A DNA stretch of 64,000 nucleotides from Bacillota bacterium (GTDB taxonomy: Bacteria; Bacillota; JAAYKD01), in NCBI GenBank assembly GCA_963666425.2, contig OY762825.2:864001-928000 (forward strand). Reading direction: 5' to 3'. Under the pieces are notes generated by a model. That model had not been told where the DNA came from. It ran no database searches and worked only from the letters and a program-made list of their open reading frames with translations. Both the position numbers and the translations under genes were made by a program. Every line of letters starts with the position of its first letter. Position 1 is the first letter of the stretch. Of this stretch, positions 29,215 to 39,507 are shown one piece after another.

Positions 29215-31260
29215 ATGCAGCCGATCACAATAGCAGATATCTTAGCGGTGAAATATCTGATCGGAGCGCCGCTCTGGTCAGACGACGGCAATTATCTGAT
29301 TTACCGATGGAACGATGGTGGAATTCATGATCTTTGGTGTCTAAAACCAGCCGCCAAAACGCCGCCGCTGCAGATTACTCAGGCCAAAACAGGTGTCTCA
29401 GCCCTACTCTGGCGTCCGGGCACACATCAAGTAGCCCTGGTCATGGACGCTTCGCTTTATCTTTTGGAGATTGACTCACCGCAGAAGATGCGGCGGCTGA
29501 CCTATGAAGGAGGCATCATGAGCCGTCTGGCCTTTAGTCCGGATGGCAAGTGGCTGAGCTTTACCAACGGGAAAACGCTCTCTTTTCTCAATTTAGAAAA
29601 CGAGACACGTCATGACATCAAACCACTGGGAGAGGTGCACGGCGGCCGCTTCAGTCAAACTGTTTCCGGTGACGCTTTCGCTTGGAATCCAGCCGGAGAT
29701 TTGTTCCTTTATACTTGGGTCGATGCCAGGAAGAAACCATGGCTGGCTCTTTGTACTCCGGAAGAAGGCAACATCTGGCGTTCTGCCGGTCATACGGAAC
29801 AGATCAGCAGCGCCCAATGGCTGACTTCTGATCAACTGATCTATGTGCTCAGTGCGCCGTTCGGCGCCGCCTACACCTATTATCGTATGACGGTTCCCAA
29901 GCGTGCTGATTGGCAGGATTATTCCGATCTTGGTATCGTTTCTCGCTTTTCACCGCAGCTGGAAGTCATCCTGCAGCAGGAAGACAAAGAAAAAAGCTGC
30001 AGCTTTCAGCACATGGCCGTTGTCCAACCCGGCGGCCGCGCCATCCTGTTTGCTTTGGAAAACGATGGTTATTATCATCATTATCTCTATACAACAGCCG
30101 AACACCGCTTAGAGCAACTCACCTTCGGTGAGTGCGAAGACAGCGGACAATCCGGCGAACAGGCAGTCTGGTCAGCGGACGGTCAGCGTTTCTTATATGC
30201 CAGCAACCGAAATGACCGCCTGCAGCGACAGATTTGGTGCTACGATTTGGCTGCCCGCCGGCAGACATCACTGACCAGCACAGCAACCAGCAATGTCTCA
30301 CCTTTTTATGCGCCGGATGGACAAAGCTTTGTTTACAGCCACAGCGATCAACAAAACAATGCCGATCTTTGGCTTTACGATTTCGTCAGTCAAAGCAGCC
30401 GTCCATTGACCGATTCTATGCCGACCGGCTTGCGGGAGAAGCTGGTTTGCGCTCAGCCCATCCACTATACCAGCGCAGAAGATTGGCAGATCGACGGTTT
30501 TCTTTATCAGCCGCTGGATTTTGATCCCACCAAAAAATATCCGGCCATTGTCTGGCTGCACGGCGGTCCGGCGCGCCAAATGCGCGGCGCCTGGCATCCT
30601 TCCGGTACCTATGCTCATTTTTATGCGTTCAATCAATATTTGGCAGGACAGGGTTATATCGTGCTTTCGATCAATTACCGGGGCGGCATTGGCTACGGCC
30701 GCGCATTCCGACATGGACTCTGGCATCAAAAAGGCCTGCATGATACCCTTGATGTGATCAATGGCGGCAAATTTCTGCAGTCTCTGCCCTATATAGAGCA
30801 AGAAAAAGTAGCCGTCTATGGCCTAAGCTATGGCGGCTACCTCACGCTGCTGGCGATGACCCAATATCCCGATGTATTCGCCTGCGGGATCAATCTGGCA
30901 GGGTTATGGGATCTGGGTATCAAAGATCGCTGGATGGAAGAAAAATACGGTAATTATCACGGTGATATCTATCTCGGCGGAGCGATGGAAGCAAATCCAG
31001 CCATGTGGGCGAAAGCTTCTCCCAACACCTATCGAGCCAACCTTACTAAACCGCTGCTCAGCCTGCAAGGCACAGCAGATCTCAATGTAACGATCGAACA
31101 TCAAAATCAACTGGTCAAGGACTGCGTGGCACTCGGGCGCGGTGCAGCGTTCGAAGCGGTTTATTATCCCGGCGAGAGCCATACCTTCCGCTATCGTCAG
31201 ACCTGGCAGGATGCATTTCCGCGCATGGCAGCCTTTTTCAAGCAACATCTGCAAGACTAG
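29215..31260 (+). CDS. S9-family serine peptidase, copy 2
   Basis: Co-linear paralogue of the preceding gene; LHGGP, GLSYGG, TAD, ESH. Confidence 0.92.
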   Translation: MQPITIADILAVKYLIGAPLWSDDGNYLIYRWNDGGIHDLWCLKPAAKTPPLQITQAKTGVSALLWRPGTHQVALVMDASLYLLEIDSPQKMRRLTYEGGIMSRLAFSPDGKWLSFTNGKTLSFLNLENETRHDIKPLGEVHGGRFSQTVSGDAFAWNPAGDLFLYTWVDARKKPWLALCTPEEGNIWRSAGHTEQISSAQWLTSDQLIYVLSAPFGAAYTYYRMTVPKRADWQDYSDLGIVSRFSPQLEVILQQEDKEKSCSFQHMAVVQPGGRAILFALENDGYYHHYLYTTAEHRLEQLTFGECEDSGQSGEQAVWSADGQRFLYASNRNDRLQRQIWCYDLAARRQTSLTSTATSNVSPFYAPDGQSFVYSHSDQQNNADLWLYDFVSQSSRPLTDSMPTGLREKLVCAQPIHYTSAEDWQIDGFLYQPLDFDPTKKYPAIVWLHGGPARQMRGAWHPSGTYAHFYAFNQYLAGQGYIVLSINYRGGIGYGRAFRHGLWHQKGLHDTLDVINGGKFLQSLPYIEQEKVAVYGLSYGGYLTLLAMTQYPDVFACGINLAGLWDLGIKDRWMEEKYGNYHGDIYLGGAMEANPAMWAKASPNTYRANLTKPLLSLQGTADLNVTIEHQNQLVKDCVALGRGAAFEAVYYPGESHTFRYRQTWQDAFPRMAAFFKQHLQD

Positions 31261-31808
31261 ACCAGGGTGGTACCCAACAATTGCAAAGACGCCAGCAAAG
31301 CCTGATTTCCAGCCACTTCGCCTAGATCATAGGCAGAAATATTCTTGGTAAACAGATGGCACCAATGCAGATACTCGCAAATGCAGGCGATTTGTCCGCT
31401 GATCAGGTTATATTCCGGATCATCCAGAGCGGCTCCGCCGACGGTCACCAGACCGACCGTCTTTTGACCGGCGGTTCTGAAAGCGCTGTTGCGGCAATAA
31501 AATTTATCGATTACCGTCTTCAATTGGGCGGTCAATCCCCAGTAATAGACTGGGCTGCCCAAAAGCAGCAGATCGGCATCCGTGATCTTTTGCATGATTT
31601 GATTGGTTTCATCGGGCAGTACACAACTGCCGCCGTTTGTTTTACAGGTATTACAAGCAATACAGCCTTTGATATTCCATTGGGCCACATTGCAGAATTC
31701 AATTTCGGCTTCGGCTGATTTCTCCAGGATCCCCTGCTGAATGGCTTTTAAAGCTGAAGCAGTATTGCCATTGAGCCTGGGACTGCCATTTAAAATTAGA
31801 ACCTTCAT
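31257..31808 (-). CDS. Flavodoxin-like / iron-sulfur flavoprotein (FMN reductase family)
   Basis: NGSPRLNGNT, CIACNTC...C, GSPVYY. Confidence 0.85.
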   Translation of the reverse strand: MKVLILNGSPRLNGNTASALKAIQQGILEKSAEAEIEFCNVAQWNIKGCIACNTCKTNGGSCVLPDETNQIMQKITDADLLLLGSPVYYWGLTAQLKTVIDKFYCRNSAFRTAGQKTVGLVTVGGAALDDPEYNLISGQIACICEYLHWCHLFTKNISAYDLGEVAGNQALLASLQLLGTTLV

Positions 31809-31936
31809 CAATATAACCTCCCTCAATCCAGTATCAATTCAAAAGAATCAACCGACAAAATCACACTCTTTTTTTAAGAGTGTGATTTTTTTGAAAAAAT
31901 TGTTCACACGAAAAAAGGCAAAGTCCGGTAACCTGA

Positions 31937-32422
31937 TTAAGCCCATCCCTCCAAATCGTTTGGATCTTTCACATCCAACAACAAATTCGAGTAATCCCAA
32001 ATAAAATATTTCCCACCTCTTCTGCGAACAATCACCACTCTGTCACTGTCTGAACCTTCATTTTTGACATAGAGCTTCTGCATCCCTTCGATCGTCGGTG
32101 GAGATCGATCGATTTGGATGTCCAGCGTCAACGGCTTCATCAATTGATAATGATTGTTTGCCGCAGCACCGATGAAATAAGACTTGGCCAAATAAGATTT
32201 GGTTTTATTGGCATTCTTCAGGAAAATAATTTCCCGCCTTTTTAAGGGATGATCTCCTTTGAGCAAATTCATCATCTTAACCGATTCCTCAGGGTTCCCT
32301 TCAAAGCTGAGATAAGCAAGCAGGAATAAAGCGACCGTATGTAAAGGGGATTCCATCATCTCCGATGCAAGAGCCTCAAATTCCTGATAGTCTTTCGGTA
32401 AATCCTGAAAAACAATATTCAT
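31937..32422 (-). CDS. Hypothetical protein (DUF6935-like)
   Basis: YLAKSYFIGA..NHY, GSDSDR, YFIWDYSNLLLDVK pattern; family call from memory. Confidence 0.55.
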   Translation of the reverse strand: MNIVFQDLPKDYQEFEALASEMMESPLHTVALFLLAYLSFEGNPEESVKMMNLLKGDHPLKRREIIFLKNANKTKSYLAKSYFIGAAANNHYQLMKPLTLDIQIDRSPPTIEGMQKLYVKNEGSDSDRVVIVRRRGGKYFIWDYSNLLLDVKDPNDLEGWA

Positions 32423-32573
32423 AAAGCTTACCTTCTCTTTCTTTTCGTAACCCTCTTTTCTGCTGCGCCTGAACAAAACAAATACCGCAGCAATTGCTGC
32501 CGTTTCGCTTTATTCATCCGCTTACCGCGTCAATTTTGCATATCATCCTATTTGCCGGTGCTTATTGGCTAAA

Positions 32574-33758
32574 TCATATTTTCTTGCCGCATTGCGGACA
32601 GAATTTTGCGCCTTTCTCACTTGCTTGAAATTGATAACCGCACTGGCTGCAATGAGAGGCCACGATCGGTTTTGCCGCGCCGCAGGCAGAGCAGAAGTTC
32701 CCGCTGGCGGTTGATCCGCAGCTGCACTTCCAAGATTCTGTTGGCTGTGCAGCAACAGCGCTGTTCTGTTGTGCATTTTGATTAGCCGCCGCCGCCATAA
32801 AGCCTCCGGCTGCTTGATTCCCCATATTAATACCCATAAAACCAGCCATACTACCGGCAGGATTGGCTCCGGCGGCTTCTAGTCCTCTGGCAATGGAACC
32901 TTGAATATAACCTTCGCGCACATTGGCGTCGCTTAGCATGGCGCCTTGGTTGCGCATATTGATCAGTTTGGCAGATTCTTCATCATATGAGATACTGGCG
33001 ATGCCAACCGCTTGAATATCAAACCCGCGTTTGGTTCTCCAATCGATATCAAGAATATTCGCCATATAATTGCTCAGTTCGACGCTCTTGGAAGGGGCAT
33101 AAGAAATCCGGATACCATCCACTGACATTTGGTTGATCGCAGCTTGCAGCGCCGACATGAATTCGGAGAAGTACTGTTCGTTGATCTCTTCAATTTCCAC
33201 TGTGTTCTTATTATGCGGTACCGCTTCGGTATAGAACAGGATGGGATCTGTTATTTTAATGGAATACGTTCCGTGAGCCCGTAAAAACAGTTCTGCATTG
33301 TAGAAATTGTCGAAGTAATTAATGGGGTTGCGGGTACCAAATTTAATGCCTTTGATTTCCTGTGTATTGATATAAACTACTTTTTGTTTTCCGGAAGGCA
33401 TACCGCCGAATTTCACACGTTTCCAAGTATCCGCTAACACATCAGAAAAACTGCCGGCGAATAAAGAAGGGTTGCCGACATTGCTGACGGTATAATAACC
33501 TTCTTCCGCAGTAAAATCTACGATCCCGCCGCCATCCAGTAAAATCATAAATTGATTGGGATAAACATGGATAACCGAACCATCATTAATGGTTCCTTCT
33601 GTTGCATTTCGGTTTAAATTCCTTTTATCACCGCGGCGTGCCGTCACACCGCTGGTCATCACAGTCGTGTCACTCATGGCATCCGGCTCGATCACTTCAA
33701 GCCACTGATCGGAAATTGCACTGCCCACGACAGAAATTGCTGCTCGAATCAAACCCAT
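32574..33758 (-). CDS. SPFH-domain protein with C-terminal double Zn ribbon (YdjI-like)
   Basis: MGLIRAA..DQWLE, IKFGT, WKCSCG..NFCSACG, CSQCG..KFCPQCG. Confidence 0.85.
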   Translation of the reverse strand: MGLIRAAISVVGSAISDQWLEVIEPDAMSDTTVMTSGVTARRGDKRNLNRNATEGTINDGSVIHVYPNQFMILLDGGGIVDFTAEEGYYTVSNVGNPSLFAGSFSDVLADTWKRVKFGGMPSGKQKVVYINTQEIKGIKFGTRNPINYFDNFYNAELFLRAHGTYSIKITDPILFYTEAVPHNKNTVEIEEINEQYFSEFMSALQAAINQMSVDGIRISYAPSKSVELSNYMANILDIDWRTKRGFDIQAVGIASISYDEESAKLINMRNQGAMLSDANVREGYIQGSIARGLEAAGANPAGSMAGFMGINMGNQAAGGFMAAAANQNAQQNSAVAAQPTESWKCSCGSTASGNFCSACGAAKPIVASHCSQCGYQFQASEKGAKFCPQCGKKI

Positions 33759-33964
33759 TTCAATTCCTCCTGTTTCAATTGATTCTTCGGAATAAACTGA
33801 TCCATGCTCCTCGTCAAACGTCGGCCGCATTGGATAGACCTTTTTTAATTCTATTATTGCTTGCTTAATTCCTTTTTCTTATTTCTGACAATCTCATAAT
33901 TTTACCTTTTTTTTCAAAAAGAAGCTACATCTGCTGCAGCTTCTTTTTGTAAGAATTTGAAAAC

Positions 33965-34327
33965 CTATTTCTTTAAGGAATAAATCACGATTGCCAAGAG
34001 AACCAGGTCTTCTTTGGTATCGTTTAAAACATAATGGCTATCACCGTCACGGCAAAGCGTGAAATCGCCTGTCTCGACCCGACACTCTTTCCCGTTATCC
34101 AGATAATGACCACTGCCGGCAAGAATGTAATAGGCTTCCCAATCCCCTTCGTGGGCATGATTGCCAACAGAATCCCCTGGCTTTAAAGTCATCACATTGA
34201 ATAAGCGGCCGGTTCCGGCAAAATCCTGATCCTCCATCAATTGACGGATAGCGATGGCTCCCTGGCCGCCTTTTACGCTTTGTTTTACCACCAGAGTGCC
34301 TTCATTTGGTTTAACGATCATGATCAA
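33965..34327 (-). CDS. Cupin-domain protein
   Basis: HAHEGDWEAYYILAG...GDSH cupin motifs. Confidence 0.85.
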   Translation of the reverse strand: MIMIVKPNEGTLVVKQSVKGGQGAIAIRQLMEDQDFAGTGRLFNVMTLKPGDSVGNHAHEGDWEAYYILAGSGHYLDNGKECRVETGDFTLCRDGDSHYVLNDTKEDLVLLAIVIYSLKK

Positions 34328-34538
34328 TCTCCCCCTTCAGTTCTTTATAAAAAACGCAGGAATTCCCCTTAACATAACCTAAAGAAAAATTCGCTGAACG
34401 AGGCTTTAGTTCCTTCAAAACAGCTGAGAGTAAAATGATCTGAGCAACCCCAATAGTTGTTCAGAGAAGCTTAAAAAGCAACGGTACGCTACAACTCATC
34501 TTTTGGAGCCGCAGTATACCGTCATCGCCTTATCTAAA

Positions 34539-35618
34539 CTAGACATTAAAACGGATATTCAAAATGTCGCCATCTTTGACAATATAATCTTTGCCTTCCA
34601 ACCGCAGCAAACCTTTTTCTTTACACTTACCTACCGTCCCGTAGGTATGCAAATCTTCATAAGCAACGACTTCGGCACGGATAAAGCCGCGCTCCAGGTC
34701 GCTATGAATCTTGCCGGCTGCCTTTTTCGCTTCCAAACCTTTCGTAATAGTCCAAGCCCGCACTTCGTCTTCGCCTGAAGTAAAGAAAGAAATCAGGTGG
34801 ACCAATTCGTACATACTGCGTGCCAAACGATAAGTACCGGCTTCAACGATGCCCAGATCTTCCATAAAGAGCGCACGGTCCTCTTCCGGCAGCTGAGCGA
34901 TTTCGTTTTCCATCTCGGCACAGATCACCAAATAACCGTAGCCCTTCTCCCGCAGCGTTTGTTCCACCTTCGCTTTGGAAGGGTACTCATTGGCTTTGAA
35001 CTGCGCTTCCTCGACGTTGACGACGACCAGTTGCGGCAGCATGGTGAAAAAAGCATAATTTTGAATGGAAACAGCTTCTGCTTCACTTAAAATAACTTCT
35101 CTCAACGGTTTTTCCGCTTCCAAAGCAGTTTGATATTTTGCCAAAGCAGCCAGCTCCAGAGTCTGCTCCGGCGTGATTTTTTTGCCGCTCTGAATACGCT
35201 GTAAGCGTTTTTCGATAAAATCAAGATCCGCCAGGAGTAATTCCGCATCGACATTATTCAGATCCCGGATCGGATCGACATTGCCATCCACATGTTCCAC
35301 TTCATCTGTCTCGAAGGCGCGGACGACATGCACCAAGGCATCCACCTGCCGAATCTGATCCAAAAACGCGTTGCCGCCGGTGGAACCTTCATGACTGAGG
35401 CCCGGCAAATCGGTAATCTCGATTTGAGCATAAGTGGTTTTTTTGGGCTTGTAGAGTTTGCTGAGCCAATCAATCCTGATATCGGGCACCTTTGCCATAC
35501 CCAGGTTTGGTTCGGTCCGACCGCTTAAGTGTTTGGAGATTTCTGCTTCTCCATTTGTTAAAAGATTAAAAAGAGTGGTCTTTCCCACCAAAGGCAGGCC
35601 GATTAATCCTATTTTCAT
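34539..35618 (-). CDS. ychF: YchF-family ATPase
   Basis: GLPLVGKTT, VPDIR, DLPGL, EVRAW, AAGKIHSDLERGFIRAEV, C-terminal RFNV. Confidence 0.92.
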   Translation of the reverse strand: MKIGLIGLPLVGKTTLFNLLTNGEAEISKHLSGRTEPNLGMAKVPDIRIDWLSKLYKPKKTTYAQIEITDLPGLSHEGSTGGNAFLDQIRQVDALVHVVRAFETDEVEHVDGNVDPIRDLNNVDAELLLADLDFIEKRLQRIQSGKKITPEQTLELAALAKYQTALEAEKPLREVILSEAEAVSIQNYAFFTMLPQLVVVNVEEAQFKANEYPSKAKVEQTLREKGYGYLVICAEMENEIAQLPEEDRALFMEDLGIVEAGTYRLARSMYELVHLISFFTSGEDEVRAWTITKGLEAKKAAGKIHSDLERGFIRAEVVAYEDLHTYGTVGKCKEKGLLRLEGKDYIVKDGDILNIRFNV

Positions 35619-35685
35619 TTCTTGTCACCCTTTCTAAACGTACGTGATAATCTATTTTTTCTAGACAGACGGTTCAAACTCCTTT

Positions 35686-35725
35686 AAAAAACCGGCAGCA
35701 ACCCAATTCTTGTTGCTGCCGGTTT
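35686..35725 (-). terminator. Intrinsic terminator
   Basis: AAACCGGCAGCAAC / GTTGCTGCCGGTTT stem after the nitroreductase gene. Confidence 0.75.
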
Positions 35726-35747
35726 GTGGTTTTTAAAACTCCAAATC

Positions 35748-36311
35748 TTAGCGTATATAGGTGATACAGTTTTCTTTGCGCGGTTTTGCAGCAGGCTGCG
35801 GGCAATCGGGATATCCAACCGCTAAGCCAAAGACCGGGAAATAGCCTTCCGGGACTTGCAGTTTTTTAGCCATCTCCGGGCCTTTCTCTGTAGCGAACGC
35901 CTGCATAAAAGATGCGACATAACAGGAGCCTAAGCCGATGCTGTAGGCTGCTAAAGCGGTTTGTGTCGCCAGATTGGCACAATCGCTTTTGCCGTAGGCT
36001 CTGCTCTGTTCGGCAGAAAAGACGATGACAGTTGGCGCATGATAGAAATTATGCGTTTTCGGGTCATCTGCCCGCTTAACCATTTCCGGATTACCGGAGG
36101 AACGCATTACTTTTTTATTCTCTTCAACAATCCAATCGATGACTTCTTTGTTTTGGATCACAGTCACATACCAAGGCTGAGAGTTATTGGCACTGGGAGC
36201 CGCTAAACCGGCTGTTAAGATCGTTTGCAGTTCTTCCTCTTTAATCTGTTCTGTTTTGAAAGCGCGAATACTGCGGCGATCCAGCATAGTTTGAATCGTT
36301 TCATTCATCAT
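35748..36311 (-). CDS. Nitroreductase-family protein
   Basis: RRSIRAF, APSANNSQPW, GLGSC. Confidence 0.92.
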   Translation of the reverse strand: MMNETIQTMLDRRSIRAFKTEQIKEEELQTILTAGLAAPSANNSQPWYVTVIQNKEVIDWIVEENKKVMRSSGNPEMVKRADDPKTHNFYHAPTVIVFSAEQSRAYGKSDCANLATQTALAAYSIGLGSCYVASFMQAFATEKGPEMAKKLQVPEGYFPVFGLAVGYPDCPQPAAKPRKENCITYIR

Positions 36312-36445
36312 AAATCCCTCCCCTTCCTCATTTCGATCTCATTTTAACACTTCCCTGACGGATGCACAAGAGCGAAAAGAAAAGGAAATTTTTTTAAATA
36401 TTTCATTACTCCCGTATCGGCATGCCGATAAATGGCAAGTTTTTT

Positions 36446-37791
36446 TTAAGCACCACAGAGCGGCGGATTTTCCGCTTCGGATGCTTCATTCGCTGCCAAT
36501 TCCGGCTCAGGCGCTGCTTCCGGCAGTGCCTCGACTTCCCGCAGTCTGCTGCGGATCGCGCGGGTACGCACCCCCACCAGTTTATCCAATTCGTCCCTGG
36601 CTTGATCCAACTTTTTCTGTGTTGAACCCAAGACACCGGCAAATTTCTCAAATTCTGCTTTGACGCCGCCTAAGGTCCGCCAAACTTCTCCGGATTGCTT
36701 TTGAATCGCCAGCGTCCGGAACCCCATTTGCAGGCTATTGAGTAAGGCGGCCATGGTAGTCGGTCCGGCAATATTGATTTGGTAATCCCGCTGTAAGGCT
36801 TCAATCATACCGTGCCGCACCACTTCGGCGTAAAGACCCTCTACCGGCAGGAACATAATAGCAAAATTTGTGGTAAAGGGCAGATGGATATATTTATCGT
36901 GAATGGTTTTGGCAAAGGTTTTGATGATGCGTTCAAAATCTTTGCCGCTTTGAGCCACAAGTTCCGCCTGACCGCTGTCATAAGCAGCCAAGAGTGTCTG
37001 ATAAGTCTCGATAGGGAACTTGGAATCAATCGGCAGCCAGACGGTCCCATTGCCGTCGCCCGGCAGTTTGATGGCAAATTCTACCCGTTCAGCCGAATTG
37101 GGAACGACCGCTACGTTGGTAGCATATTGTTCCGGTGACAGTATCTGCTCCAAAATCGCACCCAACTGCAATTCACCCAGCATACCACGCGTTTTCACGT
37201 TGGAAAGGACTTTTTTCAAGTCGCCCACCCCGGCAGCCAGCGTCTGCATTTCTCCCAAACCTTTGTAGACGTCTTCCAGACGCTTACTGACCAGCTGAAA
37301 GGACTGACCGATGCGCTCCTCCAGGGTTTTCTGCAATTTTTCATCCACAGTCTGCCGCATTAAGTCCAATTGCCGCCCGTTCTCTGTTTTCATCGCCGTC
37401 AGGTTTTCATTGACATTGCGGTTCATTTCAGCCAGTTGATTCTGTGTCTGCAGCGTTAATTGACTGATCTGACGCTGCATTTCTTCATTGCGCTGGCTGT
37501 ATTGCTTGTTCAATTCGGAAAGACGGGTATCCAGCATCTGTGTATTTTGGCTTTGACCGTCGCGGATCCATTGACTGAAAGTAGTGAAAACACTTTGCAT
37601 GGTCTGCTGTATTTCCTGACGGGTCTGCCGCTCTTCCTGCAGCAATTCATTTGCAGCAGATCTCGAAATTGCTTTTCCAATTCGCGTTCTCTCATCAAAT
37701 TTCGCTTCAGCATCCAATAAACAGCCAACAGAACGACTAGATTGATCAGGGTAAAGCCAGCCAAAACGGCAAACAGCAGCGAATCGTTCAT
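36446..37791 (-). pseudogene. rmuC: DNA recombination protein RmuC, frameshifted near 37650
   Basis: N-terminal TM (MNDSLLFAV..., ATG 37791) is in a different frame from the body (NVKTRG, PIDSKFP, MFLPVEGLY, GFRTLAI); one extra A in CAAATG would rejoin them. Confidence 0.8.
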
Positions 37792-37958
37792 TGTTTTCTC
37801 CCCTTTCCTATCCATTCTATTATAACGATAAACCATGAAATTGCAAGGAAGCCGGCTTTGGTCCGAAACAAACAATCCTGGTCCGGCACTTGTTGTTTGC
37901 CTGTTCGATTTGACTTTCCTGCCTTACCGCTCTATAATCAACATAAATAGAAGAGGAG

Positions 37959-38813
37959 ATGAATCACATGAATGAAACCACCTGCGATCACAACTGTGAC
38001 CAATGTTCCAGCAACTGCGAATCGCGTCAGCCATTGGATTTGAAAGCGCCGCTGCACCAGATGAGCCAAGTTGGCAAGGTGATCGGCGTCGTCAGCGGTA
38101 AGGGCGGCGTCGGGAAATCTTTGGTCACTTCATTATTAGCCATTGCCATGCAGCGTCGAGGCTTCCGTACGGCGATTCTGGATGCTGACATCACCGGACC
38201 CTCGATTCCCCGAATTTTGGGTTTAACCGCAAAAGCGACTTCTGATGAAATTGGACTCTATCCGGTCTACAGCAAAACCGGCATCGCTGTGATGTCGATC
38301 AATCTCTTGCTGGAGAATGCGGATGATCCTGTCGTTTGGCGCGGTCCGATCATCGCTGGTACCGTCAAGCAATTTTGGACGGAAGTCATTTGGGATCGTA
38401 TCGACTATATGTTTGTTGATATGCCGCCCGGCACCGGTGATGTGCCGCTGACTGTCTTCCAATCTCTGCCGATTGACGGCATTGTGATTGTCACTTCTCC
38501 GCAGGAGTTGGTCTCTGTTATCGTAGGCAAAGCAATCAAGATGGCAAAACTGATGAATATCCCGATTTACGGTTTGATCGAAAACATGAGTTATCTGCTC
38601 TGCCCGGACTGCGGCAAAAAGATCTCTGTCTTTGGACCCAGTCATCTGCAGGAAGTGGCCGCAAAACATCAGATTCCTGTCTTGGGAGAAGTCCCCATCG
38701 ATCCCGCTTTGGCGGCAGCCTGCGATCGGGGCGAACTGGAATTGCTCGAACAGAACTATCTGCAGCTGGCGGTCGATCTGATCGACGACAGCAACGGCTG
38801 CACCAAAAAGTAA
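37959..38813 (+). CDS. Mrp/NBP35 Fe-S cluster carrier ATPase
   Basis: N-terminal Cys cluster, SGKGGVGKS, WRGP, DMPPGTGD, ENMS..CPDC. Confidence 0.93.
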   Translation: MNHMNETTCDHNCDQCSSNCESRQPLDLKAPLHQMSQVGKVIGVVSGKGGVGKSLVTSLLAIAMQRRGFRTAILDADITGPSIPRILGLTAKATSDEIGLYPVYSKTGIAVMSINLLLENADDPVVWRGPIIAGTVKQFWTEVIWDRIDYMFVDMPPGTGDVPLTVFQSLPIDGIVIVTSPQELVSVIVGKAIKMAKLMNIPIYGLIENMSYLLCPDCGKKISVFGPSHLQEVAAKHQIPVLGEVPIDPALAAACDRGELELLEQNYLQLAVDLIDDSNGCTKK

Positions 38814-38849
38814 ACTGCGAATCAAGCATCGCATCATTTAAAAATGATC

Positions 38850-38924
38850 AAAACCCCGTCCGATCTCCCATAGCAGCTCTTCTTGAAAATGAGCCTGCTG
38901 TTTTAGGAGATCGGACGGGGTTTT
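38850..38924. terminator. Long hairpin between convergent genes
   Basis: AAAACCCCGTCCGATCTCC...GGAGATCGGACGGGGTTTT. Confidence 0.75.
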
Positions 38925-38961
38925 GCTTTCTTTTCGCTCAGCGAGGGAGAACGATATCCGC

Positions 38962-39507
38962 TTACTCGGGATGTTTTGTAAACCATTCTTCTTCTAAAAT
39001 GGCATAGACATAGGTATCCTGCCAGATCGGCTGTCCGGTCAGATCTTTTTGAAAAAAGACATTTTTGCGATGATGCGCTTCACGCCGCAGCGCTAATCGC
39101 TCCAGGAGTCGCCAGGAAGCTGTATTTTCCGGGTTGCAGCGTGCTAGCACACGGTGCAGACCAAGCGTGTAAAAACCGTAATTCAACAAAGCCGTCGCTG
39201 CTTCACTGGCGTAACCCTGATGCTGATAAGCCGCATTGAAGACATAACCCAGTTCATAGGTAGCGGCATCCTGTTCGGAAAAATAGAGGTTTCCGATCAG
39301 CTTGCCGCTTTCCTTCAAGCTGACCGCATAAAAATCAGCATTATTGCAGCGAAAAGCCAATTCTTCTTGGCAGCCAGCCAAATCCATCGCTGCATAAGGT
39401 TCATAGCGCAGCACAGCCGCATCGGAAAGATATTCGTAGAGATCCATCAGATCCTCCGGCTGAAAGCGGCGGATGATCACACGCTCTGTCTGCAAATCGG
39501 TTTTCAT
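38962..39507 (-). CDS. RimJ/RimL-type GNAT acetyltransferase
   Basis: TERVIIR, ELGY...QHQGYASEA, ENTASWRLLERL. Confidence 0.88.
   Translation of the reverse strand: MKTDLQTERVIIRRFQPEDLMDLYEYLSDAAVLRYEPYAAMDLAGCQEELAFRCNNADFYAVSLKESGKLIGNLYFSEQDAATYELGYVFNAAYQHQGYASEAATALLNYGFYTLGLHRVLARCNPENTASWRLLERLALRREAHHRKNVFFQKDLTGQPIWQDTYVYAILEEEWFTKHPE

Noticed and set aside
31857-31890. CRP/Rex-type operator
   Set aside because: The TCACA...TGTGA arms are in hairpin orientation with flanking A/T tracts; better explained as a terminator.
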